From an uncultured delta proteobacterium (GTDB taxonomy: Bacteria > Desulfobacterota > Syntrophia > Syntrophales > UBA2185), in the NCBI GenBank assembly GCA_963729715.1, contig CAVSPA010000004.1:608001-672000 (forward strand): DNA of 64,000 bases, read 5' to 3'. Made by a program: the position numbers and the translations under genes. The notes under the pieces are model-generated. The model ran no database searches. It worked only from the letters and a program-made list of their open reading frames with translations, and was not told the DNA's origin. Shown here in pieces: positions 1 to 11,882 of this stretch (position 1 is its first letter; the number at the start of each line of letters is the position of its first letter).

Positions 1-492
1 ATCTCGATAAGATTTCTCTGAGTTCAAGGCGGGATAATCTCCCCTGTGCTTTGTCATAAAATTAAAATTCTTTCTGAATGGCTCCCCGCCAGACCTGCAG
101 GTAACATCCAGAATAATCCCTTTTCTCTCGTTGTCGTAGAGCCAGTCGGAAAAGTAATGCAGGCGCGTGGAGTATCCCTTTAATACGTTACTGCGGTAAC
201 GGATTTTCTTCAGCTGCGCGGCATAGCTCTTGAAATGCGTCCTGCCTTTGCTTAACAGCCGCGCCAGGACCACGCAATTTTCCACAAAGGTAAAGCAGTC
301 AAATTCCCTCAAATTTATAACGAGAGTCTCCCTCCCTTCCCTCTCCAGCGTATGACTCACATAGGGAGAACCCAGAAAATATTTTCCCACGACCAGCATC
401 ATTTCACCGATGGGTCTCGTTCTTTCCCCCTGCTCCTGAAAGGAGCTAACAAGATCATCGTAGATGGCGCGGTCTTCCGGCCGATAAATCAT
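1..492 (-). CDS. DUF1460-family (NlpC/P60-like amidase) protein, 3' end runs off the window
   Basis: Hand translation from ATG at 492: MIYRPEDRAIYDDL...FLGSPYVSHTLE...LVINLREFDCFTFVE...RYR...YSTRLHYFSDW, which carries the DUF1460 motifs; GAGGT SD upstream. Not in the ORF track. Confidence 0.85.
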   Translation of the reverse strand, partial: MIYRPEDRAIYDDLVSSFQEQGERTRPIGEMMLVVGKYFLGSPYVSHTLEREGRETLVINLREFDCFTFVENCVVLARLLSKGRTHFKSYAAQLKKIRYRSNVLKGYSTRLHYFSDWLYDNERKGIILDVTCRSGGEPFRKNFNFMTKHRGDYPALNSEKSYRD

Positions 493-549
493 AATTGGAC
501 CTCTAAGCCGCCGAATTGAAGCTCTCAGCAGCAAACGGTGGAAAATGCG

Positions 550-1422
550 TCAACTTCCGAATTCAAGTGAAGCATAGGATCCATCTCCGGGAATTACCAA
601 AGACACGAACTTCTTGTCATCATAGGTGGAACCCGGGTTGATTGATGTCAGAGATCCTTTTCGCACAACTTTCTGGTCGTGCGTGTGGCCGCATATATGG
701 TACCTGACCTTTGGATGATTGTATAGCATCTCCCCGAGTCCTTTGCTTCCCATGAAGGCATTACAGAAATTCCACCCGGGAAACTCTTCCCTCATGGTCA
801 GCATTTCGATAAATCCGATGTGATGGGTGACGGCAACGATCTGGTCTGCCTTGGCTTCCAGTTTCTGTATATCCGCTTCCAGTTTTCCCTGGAGTTCATC
901 GGTATATTCCAAATCCGTCTTGTCGAGCCTCACGAAATGGACGTCATTCCAGATGATGTGGCCGCCGAATATCTTCTTCTCGTATGATGACCGTGGAGGC
1001 AGCAGAGCAGGGGAAAAGGAATAATCATACCACAGGCAATTTCCCGCAAAGCCGATGCCGCCTGTGATTACGGGTTCTTCATCCAAGAGCTTGAATCCGC
1101 AACTTTTGACTCTTGATTTCAGTATTTCCAGATTACTGAGAGTATCCCCTTCCGTGCTCCAATAATCATGGTTGCCGAACACCTTGAGCCTGACGGGCGC
1201 CACGCCTCTGAAGAAATTCAAACATTCCTCCAGCTTCGAGGAACCAAGTCCCACAGTATCACCCGCAAGTACAAGCACGTCAGGCTTTTCCCTCTCCAGG
1301 CTTCTTATAAAATTGAGGAATTTGTCATGCTCCGCCGGGCTTCGTATCAGATCATAATGGATATCGCCGGTTGCTGCAATTTTCATAGTTTTAGAAATAT
1401 TACTCATCGGCTCATGTGCCAT
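550..1422 (-). CDS. Calcineurin-like metallophosphoesterase
   Basis: GDIH, LAGD, GNHD, THH and GHTH motifs; start codon uncertain. Confidence 0.9.
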   Translation of the reverse strand: MAHEPMSNISKTMKIAATGDIHYDLIRSPAEHDKFLNFIRSLEREKPDVLVLAGDTVGLGSSKLEECLNFFRGVAPVRLKVFGNHDYWSTEGDTLSNLEILKSRVKSCGFKLLDEEPVITGGIGFAGNCLWYDYSFSPALLPPRSSYEKKIFGGHIIWNDVHFVRLDKTDLEYTDELQGKLEADIQKLEAKADQIVAVTHHIGFIEMLTMREEFPGWNFCNAFMGSKGLGEMLYNHPKVRYHICGHTHDQKVVRKGSLTSINPGSTYDDKKFVSLVIPGDGSYASLEFGS

Positions 1423-1591
1423 CTTAAATTCCTGTCTGAAAAATAGCACATCTTGCAGTGGAATTAAATCTTAATTAACTGTTTAGTGAAGGAATAGCAT
1501 AATCGTAAACGGCAGCCTTTACCCGGAAAAACTAAACTCCATGAGAAGGACGGCATCTATCGTTGATTTTTGGGTTGTTATGCGTTAATAA

Positions 1592-2710
<1,119 letters not shown>

Positions 2711-2726
2711 CCAGCGTATTTATTTA

Positions 2727-3326
2727 ATGCCTATGCCTGCAAAGAAAAAAATACTGACATACTTTCTTGTTCTATTTCTGGCCATTTTCTTTGTCGCACT
2801 TTATTATGGCCCCCGGTATCTGACTTACGCCGATAAGCCTCTGAGGTCGGACGCTCTCGTACTCTTTGTGGGGCCGGATAACAAAGCCAGGCAGGAAGAC
2901 GCGAATCGTCTCATGAGTCAAGGTTATGCACGCTACCTCTTCATCCCCGCCTACGGAAGAATCACGGAAGCCTCGTCTTTGTCATCCACGGCTGGCTCAA
3001 AAAAAGCAAACCCAAATCTGATCATTTCCGGTCTAAAACCAAAGCCCTATTTTGAAAATACCCATGTCGAGGTACTCGAAGCAAAACGCATGATGGAGCA
3101 GTACGGCTTAAAGTCAGCCATCTTCGTCAGTTCACCTGATCACATGCGCCGTATAAAGATTATTGCAGAGAGAATCTTTCATGAGGAATCTGTGACAATT
3201 GTCTTTGTACCAATCCGGGTTGAACCGGCACATCAAGATTTGATGCTGTCCGATTACAGGCGCATGGGAAAAGAGTATATCAAGATCATCTGGTTTTTGA
3301 TGTACTCCTTATACCGGTCAACCTGA
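2727..3326 (+). CDS. YdcF/DUF218 (ElyC-like) envelope protein
   Basis: N-terminal TM segment, ENTHVE and VSSPDHMRR motifs. Confidence 0.8.
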   Translation: MPMPAKKKILTYFLVLFLAIFFVALYYGPRYLTYADKPLRSDALVLFVGPDNKARQEDANRLMSQGYARYLFIPAYGRITEASSLSSTAGSKKANPNLIISGLKPKPYFENTHVEVLEAKRMMEQYGLKSAIFVSSPDHMRRIKIIAERIFHEESVTIVFVPIRVEPAHQDLMLSDYRRMGKEYIKIIWFLMYSLYRST

Positions 3327-3761
3327 CATCTTGAATAATCATTTGCGAAAAACGTGAGATTTCAACTGTCGATCGTTCTGCGTCTAAACGAGTCACGTAA
3401 CATGAATAATTACATTGACGGAAAAGAAGTAACCCGCAGAACCTTCCTCAAAGAAGCTGCCGCAGAACTCGGCACGATCGGGATGGCAGGATTTACGGCG
3501 GAAGCAAAGACGACAAACCTGCGCATCTCAGCCATCAATTCTTAACCTTGCTCGTGGATCGGAAGCGGCGCGCACCAGGCGTGACGCACAAACCCTCATA
3601 GCAAAGCCTTTCGATCGCCTACCCTTTAGCTTCCTCCGATTAGTCGTGAGCATGCGCGGCGCCACTTCTGCTACGGGCAGCAAAATCAGCCGATGGTCAA
3701 CCTTGGGATAGATGGTTATGTAAAATGATCTTTACAATTGACAGGGATGGAGTTATAAATC

Positions 3762-3777
3762 CGTTGATATGACAACG
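3762..3777. promoter_or_regulatory. Palindrome, candidate operator of the downstream MarR regulator
   Basis: CGTTGATATGACAACG imperfect inverted repeat just downstream of TTGACA (3738-3743) and upstream of the marR-emrAB operon. Confidence 0.5.
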
Positions 3778-3828
3778 TTTTTAGTGTAGTAATACCCCGT
3801 TCTCAGGAATTAGATAATTTCAGGTGCA

Positions 3829-4281
3829 ATGGAAATAAAGCTTTTTCCCATCAATGAATCGCTTCTTTTCTGGCTGTATCGCGCACGCATTCAGAGTCTT
3901 GCCGTAATGCGGCGGGCTTTTCAGGCTGCGGGATATGACGTGACGCCCGAACAGTGGGGCGTCCTTGTCCGGGTGGGAAAGCATGAGGGCATGAGCCAGA
4001 GCCAGCTCGGTAAAGACACCTTAAAAGATCGCCACAACATCACACGAATCGTGAACCATCTTGAGAAGCGAGGATATATTGAGCGTTGTCCTGACAATAT
4101 TGACAAACGTGCATATCGCCTTTTTCTTACGAAATCAGGGAGAATAATCCAGAAGAAGCTGACGCCAGTCGTCCTCAACCACTTGCAAGAGATGTTCAAT
4201 GGTCTAAGCTCCGAGGACCTCCGGACGTTGCTCAGGATATTCAAACGCACAGTGAACAATCTCGAAAAAAAGCTGAAATAA
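3829..4281 (+). CDS. MarR-family transcriptional regulator
   Basis: VTPEQWGVL...SQSQL...ITRIVNHLEKRGYIER...DKRAYRLFLT winged HTH. Confidence 0.92.
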   Translation: MEIKLFPINESLLFWLYRARIQSLAVMRRAFQAAGYDVTPEQWGVLVRVGKHEGMSQSQLGKDTLKDRHNITRIVNHLEKRGYIERCPDNIDKRAYRLFLTKSGRIIQKKLTPVVLNHLQEMFNGLSSEDLRTLLRIFKRTVNNLEKKLK

Positions 4282-4329
4282 GGGGCAAACACACCTCACT
4301 GGGTGAAACTGACACGGGGTAGGACACAT

Positions 4330-5376
4330 ATGAGGAAATGGGCATTAAGAGGGTCGGTAATATTGGTAATCCTGGCAGGTTGTATCTATTCTGCCATTCT
4401 CCTCGTCCATTCATTTTCACATGAAAGTACGGATGATGCATATGTAGCCGGCACAATCGTACCTATCGCGTCAGAGGTTAGAGGTAGAGTGGTAAAAGTC
4501 CATATAAACGACAATGAGCAAGTGGCGGCCGGTGCGTCTCTGCTTGAAATTTTTAGTGATGATTATGTTCACGCCGTTCAAGATAGAAAGGAGGCTTTGT
4601 CAACATTGACAGCGGAAAACTGCGAAATACAAGCGTCCATAGAGGGGAAAAAGAAAGCTCTCGTTCAGGCGCAAGCCAATTTGAGCGCTGCTATCGCCGA
4701 GGAAAATCTGGCTGCCAAAGAGGCGAAACGTTACGACAAACTGCACAGTCAGGAGGTGGTTTCATCCAGCCATTATGACCGCGTCAAATCTGTTTGGGAG
4801 GTAGCTCACGCCAGAAAGGAGGCTGCGACAGCCGCCGTCATTGAAGCAGAGGCGGCAGTCAAAACCCTGCAGGCGAAGTTAGCAACTCAGGAATTTAGGA
4901 TCAAAGAGACAGAGGTGTCACGAAATCAGGCCCAACTGGATCTGACAAGGACGGTCGTCGTGGCGCCTGTCTCCGGAAGAATTGCCATGAAGAACGTTGA
5001 CCCGGGAAAGTATGTGCAACCCGGACAGGCCCTTCTTTCTATTGTGCAGGAGGATACTTGGGTAATCGCCAATTTCAAGGAGACGCAGATAAAAAAAATG
5101 GCTATAGGCCAACCCGTCGATGTAAAAGTTGATGCTTACCCGGGAATAGTTTTCCGGGGACGTATAGACAGTCTGCAATCAGGGACTGGATCCGTCTTCA
5201 GTCTGCTTCCTGCGGAGAATGCAACAGGAAATTTCGTCAAAGTGGTTCAGAGAATTCCGGTCAAGATCGTTATGGAATCACCGCTCGACCCCGTTCATCC
5301 TTTATTGCCCGGCATGTCCGTTGAACCTTCTGTGGATGTGAGCCGGCAAACGGGCCCCAAACTCGCTAACAAATAG
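4330..5376 (+). CDS. EmrA/HlyD-family efflux membrane fusion protein
   Basis: STDDAYV, WVIANFKETQ, LLPAENATGNFVKVVQRIPVKI. Confidence 0.93.
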   Translation: MRKWALRGSVILVILAGCIYSAILLVHSFSHESTDDAYVAGTIVPIASEVRGRVVKVHINDNEQVAAGASLLEIFSDDYVHAVQDRKEALSTLTAENCEIQASIEGKKKALVQAQANLSAAIAEENLAAKEAKRYDKLHSQEVVSSSHYDRVKSVWEVAHARKEAATAAVIEAEAAVKTLQAKLATQEFRIKETEVSRNQAQLDLTRTVVVAPVSGRIAMKNVDPGKYVQPGQALLSIVQEDTWVIANFKETQIKKMAIGQPVDVKVDAYPGIVFRGRIDSLQSGTGSVFSLLPAENATGNFVKVVQRIPVKIVMESPLDPVHPLLPGMSVEPSVDVSRQTGPKLANK

Positions 5377-5383
5377 AGGTCTC

Positions 5384-6937
5384 GTGGACGAAAGTCATAA
5401 GAGTTATAAATGGCTGGTTACGGTAACTGTGATAACAGGAGCAATAATGGGTGCTCTCGATATGAGCATCGTCAATGTTGCCCTGCCTCACATGCGAGGA
5501 AGCCTCGGGGCTTCTGTTGAAGAGATTACCTGGGTTTCAACAGGCTACATTCTCTCCAGCGTCATCATCATGCCCATTGTCGCCCTTCTAAGTTCCAGGT
5601 TCGGGCGCAAACGCTTCTATATCTTTTCCGTCATCCTGTTCACAGGCGCTTCCATGCTTTGTGGAATTGCCTGGGATCTTCCGTCAATGGTCATCTTCCG
5701 TATTCTTCAGGGCATAGGCGGCGGCACCCTTATACCGGTCGCACAGGCAATACTTAGAGAAACATTTCCTCCCGAGGAACAGGCAATGGCTATGGGTATC
5801 TATGGCCTCGGCGTTATTCTCGGTCCCGCGTTTGGCCCGACTCTCGGAGGATGGCTTACCGACAATTATTCCTGGCCATGGATCTTTTATATCAATATTC
5901 CCGTCGGCATCATCAACACCCTCCTGGTGATGCGATACATACAGGACCCGCCATACCTCGTCCGGGAAAGAGGGAAACTTGATTTTGCAGGCCTTCTATT
6001 TATGGCGATTGGCCTGGGAACGCTGCAAATCCTACTCGAAAAAGGCGACCAGAAGGATTGGTTCTCATCTGATTTTATCACATATCTGGCAATTATTTCC
6101 TCCGCAGGTCTTCTGCTGTTTATATGGCGGGAATTGACCACGGACAGGCCGGCAGTTGATCTGCGAATCCTGAAGGATGTCAATTTTGCCTCGGCAACCT
6201 TCCTTGGCAGTGTGCTCGGCATAACCCTTTTTAGCAGCATCTTTATCCTACCGCTTTTCCTGCAGCAGCTTCTCAATTACCCTGCCCTAGACTCGGGGTT
6301 GGCGCTTATGCCGAGGAGCATAGCCATGGCTGTTGCAATGCCGGTCGGTGGGAAGCTTTACAACAGGGCGGGGCCAAGACTGTTAATCGGGGCGGGACTC
6401 TTTATGAATGTAGTTTCATTTTATCAGCTTTCTCGCCTCTCGCTAGCTGTGGGTTATTGGGATATATTCTTCCCTCAATTCCTGCAGGGAATCGGGTACG
6501 GATTCATATTTGTCGCGCTGACCACGGCGGCACTCTCTACCATTGAAAAGCCTCTTATGACTGCTGCTTCGGGCCTCTATAACGTCGTCCGGCAGATCTT
6601 CGGCAGCATAGGCATCGCTCTGGCCGCCACTTTGTTGACACGGGGAGAAAACTGGAACAGGGCGATCATTACGGAGCATGTGACCATCTTCCGGGACGTT
6701 ACCTCAGAATCACTTAACAGGCTTTCATCTTTTTTCTATTCTCAAGGCCTGGACCGGATTAGTGCAGGCAGAAGGGCGCTTAAGGTGTTGGATGGATTCA
6801 TCATGCAACAAGCCAGTATGCTTTCATTTAACCACATTTTTTTTCTGATGGCGGCGCTCTTTTTATTTTCAATACCTCTAGTCTTCCTCATTAAAGACAA
6901 ACAAAGGACCGTAAGCGCGGAGATCGTTACAGACTGA
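5384..6937 (+). CDS. EmrB/DHA2-family MFS efflux permease
   Basis: LDMSIVNVALP, RFGRKR, GPAFGPTLGGWLTDNYSWPWIFYINIPVG; many TM segments. Confidence 0.93.
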   Translation: MDESHKSYKWLVTVTVITGAIMGALDMSIVNVALPHMRGSLGASVEEITWVSTGYILSSVIIMPIVALLSSRFGRKRFYIFSVILFTGASMLCGIAWDLPSMVIFRILQGIGGGTLIPVAQAILRETFPPEEQAMAMGIYGLGVILGPAFGPTLGGWLTDNYSWPWIFYINIPVGIINTLLVMRYIQDPPYLVRERGKLDFAGLLFMAIGLGTLQILLEKGDQKDWFSSDFITYLAIISSAGLLLFIWRELTTDRPAVDLRILKDVNFASATFLGSVLGITLFSSIFILPLFLQQLLNYPALDSGLALMPRSIAMAVAMPVGGKLYNRAGPRLLIGAGLFMNVVSFYQLSRLSLAVGYWDIFFPQFLQGIGYGFIFVALTTAALSTIEKPLMTAASGLYNVVRQIFGSIGIALAATLLTRGENWNRAIITEHVTIFRDVTSESLNRLSSFFYSQGLDRISAGRRALKVLDGFIMQQASMLSFNHIFFLMAALFLFSIPLVFLIKDKQRTVSAEIVTD

Positions 6938-6945
6938 CGGATGAA

Positions 6946-7597
6946 ATGGAGATACGCATGGGAGAAAAACCGAATATCGCAATAACCATATCGCGGCAGA
7001 TGGGAAGCGGTGGATCTTATGTCGGCTATTTGGCGGCGAAAGAACTTGCGTTCAAGTATGTGGATAGGGAGATCCTGCAGCGGGCCGCCAAACATCTTGG
7101 TACAAGCACGGGAGCGCTGAAAGACCTTGATGAAAGATCCATGGGCCTCGTCATGAGTATAATCAGGGGGTTCTCTTTCGGCCTACTGGACGCCAACTAT
7201 GCACCTCCGATGATACGGCCGATTTATGACAAGGATTTGTTCATGTTAGAATGCAGGATAATGGATCAGATCGTCGATGAGCACAGCGCCGTTATCGCGG
7301 GCGGGGTGGATTTCATGCATTGAGAGAACGGCGGGGAATGATCCGCATTTTTATCCATGCCCCTAAAGAGTTCCGAGTCAATCGGGTAATGATGGTGCAT
7401 AATATAAAAAATGTGCGAGAGGCACGGGATGAGGTGGAAGAATCAGACCGTAGAAGGGCCAGTTTATACGGGACATGGTTAGCGTCCATTGGACAGACGC
7501 GCGAAATTATCACCTCTGCATAGACTCAAGCGCTGTAGATTTCCTTACGAGTGTAGAGATAATCATCCGGATGGTAGAAAAACAAAGAGCCACCTGA
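6946..7597 (+). pseudogene. Cytidylate kinase-like protein with two single-base frameshifts
   Basis: ITISRQMGSGG start. Adding one base near 7300 and one near 7460 restores VIAGRGGFHAL...IFIHAP...ESDRRRAQFIRDM...WTDARNYHLCIDSS, ending at TGA 7595-7597. Confidence 0.8.
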
Positions 7598-7746
7598 AAA
7601 AAGAACAACAGCTTAACTTAAGGCTATTCCCGCGTTTTGGATGCAATTGGAAATCATTTATTGCTTAGCCTATCCGTGTAACATCTAACATGTGTATGCA
7701 ATGCTCTCAGAAAGAATGTGAAAATACACCTTGAAAAGGAGAAAAT

Positions 7747-9123
7747 ATGTGCAGGAAATACGTCATTCCCCTGTTTACTGCGGGGTTCTTATTGCTTGCC
7801 TGTATAAGCCCCGCTGCTCAGGAAACACTCTCCACAGGTCAGGAAAGGGACAACCCGGGTGCCGATGTTAAGAAAATGGAAGATTCGACAGCCGTCACAC
7901 TTGCTGAAGGACTGAAGACCGTAACTGCCGAAAGCCATGTCGTCAAGGTTGCAAGGCAGGATGAGGCCATCGCCGAAGCGGACTCACTTATTGCAAGAGC
8001 CAGGCTCCTTCCCAGCGTTAATGCATCAGGCTCGTACACATCCCTCGCAAACCAGCCTGCTGACGTGTATCTCGGGCAGGCGATCCCAGTCTCTGACCGG
8101 TACTATAAATCCTATGGCATAAACATTCAGCAGATCCTTTTCGACTTCCGGGGCAATCTCTCACGCTACGAAGCGAGCCGCATGCTCTTGGAAGCTCAAA
8201 AGTTGAACACTGCCAGTATCCGGAACGCCATGGCCCTCGAATTCACCATCGGGTTTTATGACTTCCTCGAATCGCAACGCTTGGTGAAGGTTGCGGCAAA
8301 AGAGGTCGAAAGTGTAGAGTCCCACCTCAAGAATGCACAAAACCTGTACGGCGCAGGCGTCATTACGAAGAACGACCTGCTCCAGGCCCAGGTCAGGCTC
8401 TCCGATGCCCGCCAGAGGCTCCTTTCCGCCAAGAATATACAATCTATACGTGCCTCACGACTGAATAAGCTTCTTCTGAGGCCTTTGTACTGGCAGGTCC
8501 ATGCCATTGAACAGCAACGGGAAATAGCGGCGCCCGGAGGTCTCAACCTTGACAAGGCCTGGCAGACGGCTCTTGCGGGACGACCTGAGATCCAGATTGT
8601 CGACAGGACACTGCAGTCCCTCGACCTCGAGAGTGTTGCGAAAAAATCGGAGTTTCTGCCAAAGCTCTTCGCAAGGGGTTCTTATGATTATATGGAGAAT
8701 TCCTACTCGGTTCATGACGACAACTGGTCATTAATCCTCGGTATCGACATTAACCTGTTCGAAGGCGGAAGCTCCCTCGCAGATCTCAAGAAGACGAAAT
8801 ATCGAAAGTCACGTCTTATCGAACAGAGAGCCAAGCTCGCAGATGAGATCAAGATCGAGGTTCAGAGGTACATTCTTGACCTGCAGGATGCATATGAGCG
8901 CATCCAGGTGACACGGGATGCCGCGAGCCAAGCTCAGGAGAATCTGCGCATCAACAAAGCGCGCTACGATGAGGGTGTAGGCACGGCAACGGAGGTACTT
9001 GATGCCGTTACCCTGCTGACGACGGCAGAGGCAAATTATATCCGGTCCGTTTACGACTACAGGAAGGCAGAGGCGGCTACCCATTATGCCGCGGGTGAAG
9101 ATTTGCTCCAGATTTACAACTGA
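7747..9123 (+). CDS. TolC-family outer membrane efflux protein
   Basis: Signal/lipoprotein-like N-terminus, two OEP repeats (ARYDEGVGTATEVLDA), end of the EmrAB operon. Confidence 0.9.
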   Translation: MCRKYVIPLFTAGFLLLACISPAAQETLSTGQERDNPGADVKKMEDSTAVTLAEGLKTVTAESHVVKVARQDEAIAEADSLIARARLLPSVNASGSYTSLANQPADVYLGQAIPVSDRYYKSYGINIQQILFDFRGNLSRYEASRMLLEAQKLNTASIRNAMALEFTIGFYDFLESQRLVKVAAKEVESVESHLKNAQNLYGAGVITKNDLLQAQVRLSDARQRLLSAKNIQSIRASRLNKLLLRPLYWQVHAIEQQREIAAPGGLNLDKAWQTALAGRPEIQIVDRTLQSLDLESVAKKSEFLPKLFARGSYDYMENSYSVHDDNWSLILGIDINLFEGGSSLADLKKTKYRKSRLIEQRAKLADEIKIEVQRYILDLQDAYERIQVTRDAASQAQENLRINKARYDEGVGTATEVLDAVTLLTTAEANYIRSVYDYRKAEAATHYAAGEDLLQIYN

Positions 9124-9279
9124 CCTTCTTCTTCAAATTGACCTGAGGCATGAAGGCACATCTTTCGCTGCATGAAAAGTGACAGGCTGTTTCGGCGGGC
9201 CAAACGCTTGAAATGGGTTGCTGAAGTTCACACATCGCAAGCCCCACACAGAAATTGTCAGAGGTGTTTTTTGATTGGC

Positions 9280-10368
9280 TTATTTTTTTAGAATGGCCTC
9301 CCTGATTGCATCACCCATTTCGTGCGTTTTGTTTTTCCCGCCCATGTCAGCGGTCTTCACCTTTCCCAAGGTCAGGGTCTTCATCACGGCTTCTTGTATA
9401 TCAAGGGCTGCGCGTCCCTCTCCAAGATGATCCAGCATCATTCGCATCGATTCAATCGCTGCAATAGGATTCACTATGGCCTTTCCTGCATATTTCGGGG
9501 CTGAGCCGTGAATCGGTTCAAACATGGACGGATAGATTCTTTCCGGATTGATGTTGCCGCCGGCTGCAAACCCCATCCCTCCCTGAAGCATGGCTCCGAG
9601 GTCCGTGATGATATCACCAAAGAGATTAGAGGCCACGATCACATCGAAGCATTCGGGGTTCTTCACAAACCACATGGTTATAGCATCGACCAATGCCATG
9701 TCGGTCTTTACGTCCGGGTATTCTGCCGCCACTTTCTTATACACTGAATCCCAAAAGACCATCGAATAGTTGAGCGCATTGGATTTCGTGCAGTTGGTAA
9801 CCATGCCGACGGGGACCTTTTTGCCAAACTTTTTCCGCTTTCTGGCGAACTCAAAGGCATAGCGTATCGCCCTCTCACACCCTTTTTGTGTGAAGATACC
9901 GGTCTGAAGCGCAAAGGCATCAGGGGTACCGAGCTTGAAAAACCCCCCTGCCGCCGCATATTCTCCTTCCGTATTCTCGCGGATTACAACCATATCAATT
10001 GTTTCGGGTGTGGCAGTTCTCACCGGTGATTCAACCCCGGGATAAAGCTTGATCGGCCGCAGATTTATGTATTGATCGAAACCTTTTCGTATTGCGATGA
10101 GCAGAGTAAGCGATATGTGATCAGGAACGTTATTGGCATCACCGATACACCCCAAAAAAATTGCATCAAACTCCTTCAAGACCTCCAATGCATCCGCGGG
10201 CATCATGATGCCCTTCTTCAAATAATAGTCGCATCCCCAGTCAAAATTTACCACCTTCACTTTGAAACCAAATTTATCAGCAACAGTCTGTAGGGTCTTT
10301 ACGGCTTCTGCTGCGACCTCAATACCAACCCCATCCCCGGGGATGATTGCAACTCGATAGGACGACAT
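9280..10368 (-). CDS. Beta-decarboxylating dehydrogenase (tartrate/D-malate/3-isopropylmalate family)
   Basis: IPGDGVGIEV, RENTEGEY, SNLFGDIITDL, SMFEPIHGSAP; the FDWGCDYY, FDQYINLRP and TKSN features resemble tartrate/D-malate dehydrogenases. Confidence 0.88.
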   Translation of the reverse strand: MSSYRVAIIPGDGVGIEVAAEAVKTLQTVADKFGFKVKVVNFDWGCDYYLKKGIMMPADALEVLKEFDAIFLGCIGDANNVPDHISLTLLIAIRKGFDQYINLRPIKLYPGVESPVRTATPETIDMVVIRENTEGEYAAAGGFFKLGTPDAFALQTGIFTQKGCERAIRYAFEFARKRKKFGKKVPVGMVTNCTKSNALNYSMVFWDSVYKKVAAEYPDVKTDMALVDAITMWFVKNPECFDVIVASNLFGDIITDLGAMLQGGMGFAAGGNINPERIYPSMFEPIHGSAPKYAGKAIVNPIAAIESMRMMLDHLGEGRAALDIQEAVMKTLTLGKVKTADMGGKNKTHEMGDAIREAILKK

Positions 10369-10463
10369 ATGCTCCCCTTTCAATCTAAATTATTCCTTCT
10401 CTTCCCGTGCAGGTTCTATAATTTCATACGACCTTGAGATACTGTCTCTTTTCCCTATCAATA

Positions 10464-11882
10464 TCATGAATAGATAGAAAGGAGATACGGAGTGCCGATT
10501 GCTAAGAGCACAGCAAGAAAGATCAGCCCGAAGATGAGTCCCAAAGTCCAGAAATCTTTGCGGTTGACATAGGCGCTCCCGAAATAGACCGGGCCGGGAC
10601 CGGTGGCATAAGGAGAGATGATACCCATTATCCCCAAGCTGTAGCAGAGAAGAAGGGCAAAAACCTTGACGGGAATGCCCGGCACAAGCGCGCCTGCAGC
10701 CAGCATCACGGGCAGCACCGCCGTTACGTGCGCGGTGATGCTTGCAAACATATAATGAACTAAGAAAAATATTCCTACGAGGCAGACCATGACGACTATG
10801 GGCGACATTCCCATGAGGAGTGCTGATGCGCTTTTGGCGAACCAAGTCACGAAGCCCACCTTATTGAGACCGTCCGCCATAGCCACGAGCGTGGCAAACC
10901 AGACAAGGACATTCCAGGCGGCTTTGTTGCTCAGGATATCGTCCCACGTAACAACTGCCGTAACCACCATCAAAGATATGACCACTCCTGCGACAGTCGT
11001 GGCATCCACAATCTTTCCTCCGAAGATCCACAGAGTCAGGGCGAGAATGGCCAAGAGAGCCATCATCAGTTCCTTGCGGGTGAACTTGCCCATCTTGCCC
11101 AACTCCTGAGATGCCCAGGCTTGGACATCTCCGCTCGCTTTGATTTCCGGCGGGTAAATCTTGTAAATGAGGTACGGCAAAATGGAAAAGAGAATGACAC
11201 CGACAGGCAAGAATCCCATAAACCATTCAGTCCAGGAAATGCTGATCTTCGCGGTCTTATTGACCAACTCAAGGGCCAGCAGGTTCGGGGCCAAAGATGT
11301 GATGAACATAGAGCTGGTCACACAGGTTGTTGCAAAGGCAGTCCACATGATATACGCCCCAATCTTGCGGCTTGTCTCCCCTGGGGCGGAACCGTAAAGA
11401 CCGGGAATGTTGCGGATGATGGGAAAAATAGTGCCCGCACTCCGGGCGGTGTTCGAGGGAGTAAAGGGGGCGATAATAAGATCAGAAAGGGCTATCGCAT
11501 ACCCCAAACCTAGGGTCCTCTTGCCTAAAAACCCCACCAGGACCAAGGCTATGCGTTTGCCGAGCCCTGTCTTCTCATAGCCCAAGGCGAACATAAATGC
11601 CCCGAATATGAGCCAGACCGTCGTATTGGAAAAGCCGGATAATGCCCACTTGATTGAATCTGACGGCTTCGATCCTGCGAGACCCAGAACCGCTACCAAG
11701 AAAACACCGATAAACCCTATGGCGGCAGCCGGCATAGGCTCCAGGATCAGGGCAAGAATAACAGCCGCGAAGATGGCAAAATAATACCAAGCTGTGAGAC
11801 TCAGCCCCTCCGGCGCCGGGAGCAATGCGATGACGACTCCCATGAGCAGCGGCAGTATGGATTTCCAGATGAGCGATTTCAT
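10464..11882 (-). CDS. DASS-family anion permease (CitT/TtdT-like)
   Basis: GYEKTGLGKRIAL, PSNTARSAG, HYMFASITAH, PYATGPGPVYFG. Confidence 0.92.
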   Translation of the reverse strand: MKSLIWKSILPLLMGVVIALLPAPEGLSLTAWYYFAIFAAVILALILEPMPAAAIGFIGVFLVAVLGLAGSKPSDSIKWALSGFSNTTVWLIFGAFMFALGYEKTGLGKRIALVLVGFLGKRTLGLGYAIALSDLIIAPFTPSNTARSAGTIFPIIRNIPGLYGSAPGETSRKIGAYIMWTAFATTCVTSSMFITSLAPNLLALELVNKTAKISISWTEWFMGFLPVGVILFSILPYLIYKIYPPEIKASGDVQAWASQELGKMGKFTRKELMMALLAILALTLWIFGGKIVDATTVAGVVISLMVVTAVVTWDDILSNKAAWNVLVWFATLVAMADGLNKVGFVTWFAKSASALLMGMSPIVVMVCLVGIFFLVHYMFASITAHVTAVLPVMLAAGALVPGIPVKVFALLLCYSLGIMGIISPYATGPGPVYFGSAYVNRKDFWTLGLIFGLIFLAVLLAIGTPYLLSIYS

